Under the pieces are notes generated by a model. The model was not told the DNA's origin. It saw only the letters and a program-made list of their open reading frames with translations, and searched no databases. From NCBI GenBank assembly GCA_024650005.2, contig CP122380.1:1280001-1344000 (forward strand): DNA of 64,000 nucleotides, given 5' to 3'. Source of the DNA: Candidatus Bathyarchaeum tardum. Lineage in GTDB: Archaea > Thermoproteota > Bathyarchaeia > Bathyarchaeales > Bathyarchaeaceae. The stretch's first letter is position 1; each line of letters begins with the position of its first letter. Both the position numbers and the translations under genes were made by a program. Of this stretch, positions 61,812-64,000 are shown in pieces.

Positions 61812-62235
61812 AAAGAAAAAACCCCCTTGAAAATTTTTCTGAGCAACCAGAAAAAATGTTGTTGACTTGATTTCTTATTTTATTTTCTGTTTCTGTTTGT
61901 CGTCTGATTGTTTCTCACAAAAACATTAGTGACACACCTAAAAAAGATTCAAGCAAACGAAAGATTACTAAGCATAACGGAAAAAAAATCAACTAACTTT
62001 TGGACAAAAACTAGAAAATAGGTCTACTCTGGTTTTCAATATTCCAAAGATGCAGTTAAACATGAAAGCTGCCTTAAATGAAAAACGTGTAACAAAAAAT
62101 TAGTCGAGAATTTTTCAAACTAAAAAAATAGACTGAAACGAGTAATAGCTACAAATTGTTGCAAGGATAATTTTTCGTATTTTTGAAAAAATGTAATAAA
62201 CTGATTCTGTACTAGTATTTATTGAGGGAACAAGT

Positions 62236-62472
62236 TTGGAAAGCTATTTGTTACTTGAGTGTACCTCAGGAACCATCTGGAAAGTCGCAGAAGCCATACT
62301 GAAAATCGAAGGAATAAAAATGGCCCACGTAGTAACAGGCAACTACGATGTTATTGCCTTCGCAGAATGCTCAAACATCGACGAACTAACAAACATAATC
62401 CAAAAAGTGCAAGCCCTAAACGGGGTAGAAAAAACTCAAACAGCAGTTGCCATGCCTAAACAAGACATCTAA
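62236..62472 (+). CDS. Stand-alone Lrp/AsnC ligand-binding domain protein
   Basis: V...I.KIEGI..AH.VTG.YDVIA...I..V....GV..T.T. Confidence 0.88.
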   Translation: MESYLLLECTSGTIWKVAEAILKIEGIKMAHVVTGNYDVIAFAECSNIDELTNIIQKVQALNGVEKTQTAVAMPKQDI

Positions 62473-62663
62473 ACATCAGTCCCAAGCCAAAAATGTAACA
62501 CAAAATAAACGAGCGAAAAACTAAAAATTTCCCTTTTTTATTTTCCCTAACTCTTTTTTTATATCATTGTTTTTTTAACCGAAAAAAGTGAACCATATAT
62601 TGGAAATATATATCAGCATTACAGAAGTCTTAATAAATAATTTTTCAACATAAATTAGATTCA

Positions 62664-62843
62664 ATGGAGCATAAAGCAATGGAAAAAATTGTCACAATAG
62701 TAGTATGTCCAAACTGTGAAAAAGAAATGACAATCATTGCAGAAACAGAATTTGGAAAATGTTTAGAATGCTCTTCCTGCAAACAAAGATTTTTTGAACC
62801 AAAAGAAAACCCACATGAAATGCCCATTACACTCAACAGATAA
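62664..62843 (+). CDS. 59-aa zinc-ribbon protein (not in the ORF track)
   Basis: VVCPNCEKEM...GKCLECSSCKQRF. Confidence 0.6.
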   Translation: MEHKAMEKIVTIVVCPNCEKEMTIIAETEFGKCLECSSCKQRFFEPKENPHEMPITLNR

Positions 62844-63365
62844 GAATAAAAACATGATTCTCTAAGATGAAATTGAACTATAACTCATATTTTATGTAAT
62901 AAAAAATGAGAATTCGATTTTTTTTAAAGCATATGAACAAAATAATCTAAATTAATTAGTCATCCCATTGAAGATACTAGCATGATTACTATAGTAATGA
63001 CAACAACTAAAAGTGTTAGTGTGGTTTTTCAGCACAGCACATTATTTAGAATTGAAAAGTAAACAGTATTTGTTGTTGTTCGGTCAATTTTTTTGTGTTG
63101 AACAACAACCCTGAATGTTTAATTTTCATGCAAATGTTATCAACAAATTTTCTGAACACATGAGTCTTTTCCCATAACAATCGCAGAGGAAAAAATGGCA
63201 ATGATTCATTGGAAACTGTTTCTTCAAGGATTAAAATGAATTGTTGATAATGTTCGCGTGGGAGGGTTTTACGCAGCCCTAAACGTTTCTCCTTTGTTTG
63301 TCGCATTTGTTTTGCCCAAATTTTAATTTGGTAAACTTGATCTTTAATATGGGTGCATATGCGAG

Positions 63366-64000
63366 ATGAATGTTTCTTCGAGAACGGGGTTTTTTGTTGC
63401 AGGAATATTGTGTGTCCTCTTGACAGTCAGTTTGGTTGCCGTGGTTGTGAATTATTGGGGGTTAGTTGATCAGATGGGCAATGAAATTTCGGCTCAAAAT
63501 GTTTTGATTGCAGATTTGAATATGAAAATCGCTGATGACAACCAAACAATCAGCATGTTAGAAGGTGAGGTTAAGATGCAGAAGGAGGAAATACAGAATC
63601 TGGTTTCAAACTTTTCTGACCAAATTGCTGAGATGGAAAATATTGTTTCTGAGGGGCAGGTTCAATTTGCAGTTTTTGAGGATCAAATTCAGAATCTTAA
63701 CGGTCAAATAGAGTCGTTAACGGGTCAAGCTAATGTGTTGGAAGATAAAATTTTTGAATATATTGAAATGTTTAGTTTGAATCGGTCACAGTTGCATACT
63801 CTTGTTTTTCATGTTTGTGAAAAAGATTGGATTCCAAACCCAGATATTAACGGCGCCTTCACTCAGCTTGTGGAGCTTTTCGGCAGTCAATATAATGTTC
63901 TTTTGCTTCCTGAGTTTCATGAGCAGCAGAATTGGACGCAGAAACTTTCATGGGTTCAAGAAAATTTCGGCGGGATTGACGGGATTCCTGTTATGCTAGA
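63366..64000 (+). CDS. Membrane-anchored coiled-coil protein, 3'-truncated by the window
   Basis: MNVSSRTGFFVAGILCVLL TM helix then heptad-rich region; frame is open to the end. Confidence 0.75.
   Translation, partial: MNVSSRTGFFVAGILCVLLTVSLVAVVVNYWGLVDQMGNEISAQNVLIADLNMKIADDNQTISMLEGEVKMQKEEIQNLVSNFSDQIAEMENIVSEGQVQFAVFEDQIQNLNGQIESLTGQANVLEDKIFEYIEMFSLNRSQLHTLVFHVCEKDWIPNPDINGAFTQLVELFGSQYNVLLLPEFHEQQNWTQKLSWVQENFGGIDGIPVML

Noticed and set aside
63046-63306. 86-aa minus-strand ORF
   Set aside because: No recognisable motif or RBS; could be real but cannot be supported.

Overview
AT-rich archaeal chromosome segment. The 16S sequence and gene content (archaeal DnaG, DUF1512, Snf7/CdvB, PolB2 cassette, many PQQ-type/Kelch/NosD surface proteins) point to Bathyarchaeia; this is from recognition, not a database search. 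Core blocks: dnaG-toprim-tyrS, map-trpS-pheST, a stand-alone 5S gene, a stand-alone 16S gene, tRNA-Pro(UGG) and tRNA-Trp(CCA). Accessory blocks: a decayed integrative element with 41-bp direct repeats carrying a DUF3800 gene plus a pseudoknotted RNA; a PolB2-iRadA cassette; a probable osmoadaptation island (ablA, EctA-like acetyltransferase, extra TFB, SPS/SPP-like pair); and an array of PEF-CTERM surface proteins. Most striking unexplained structures: (1) a ~160-nt element conserved downstream of two divergent PQQ-type beta-propeller genes that folds into a bulge-helix-bulge splice-endonuclease motif around a co-varying ~96-nt hairpin; (2) a tRNA-Trp gene that needs four BHB introns removed; (3) a GTCAA-N6-TTGAC operator shared by surface-protein promoters and a membrane-anchored wHTH regulator. 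All calls are by-eye reading with no tools.
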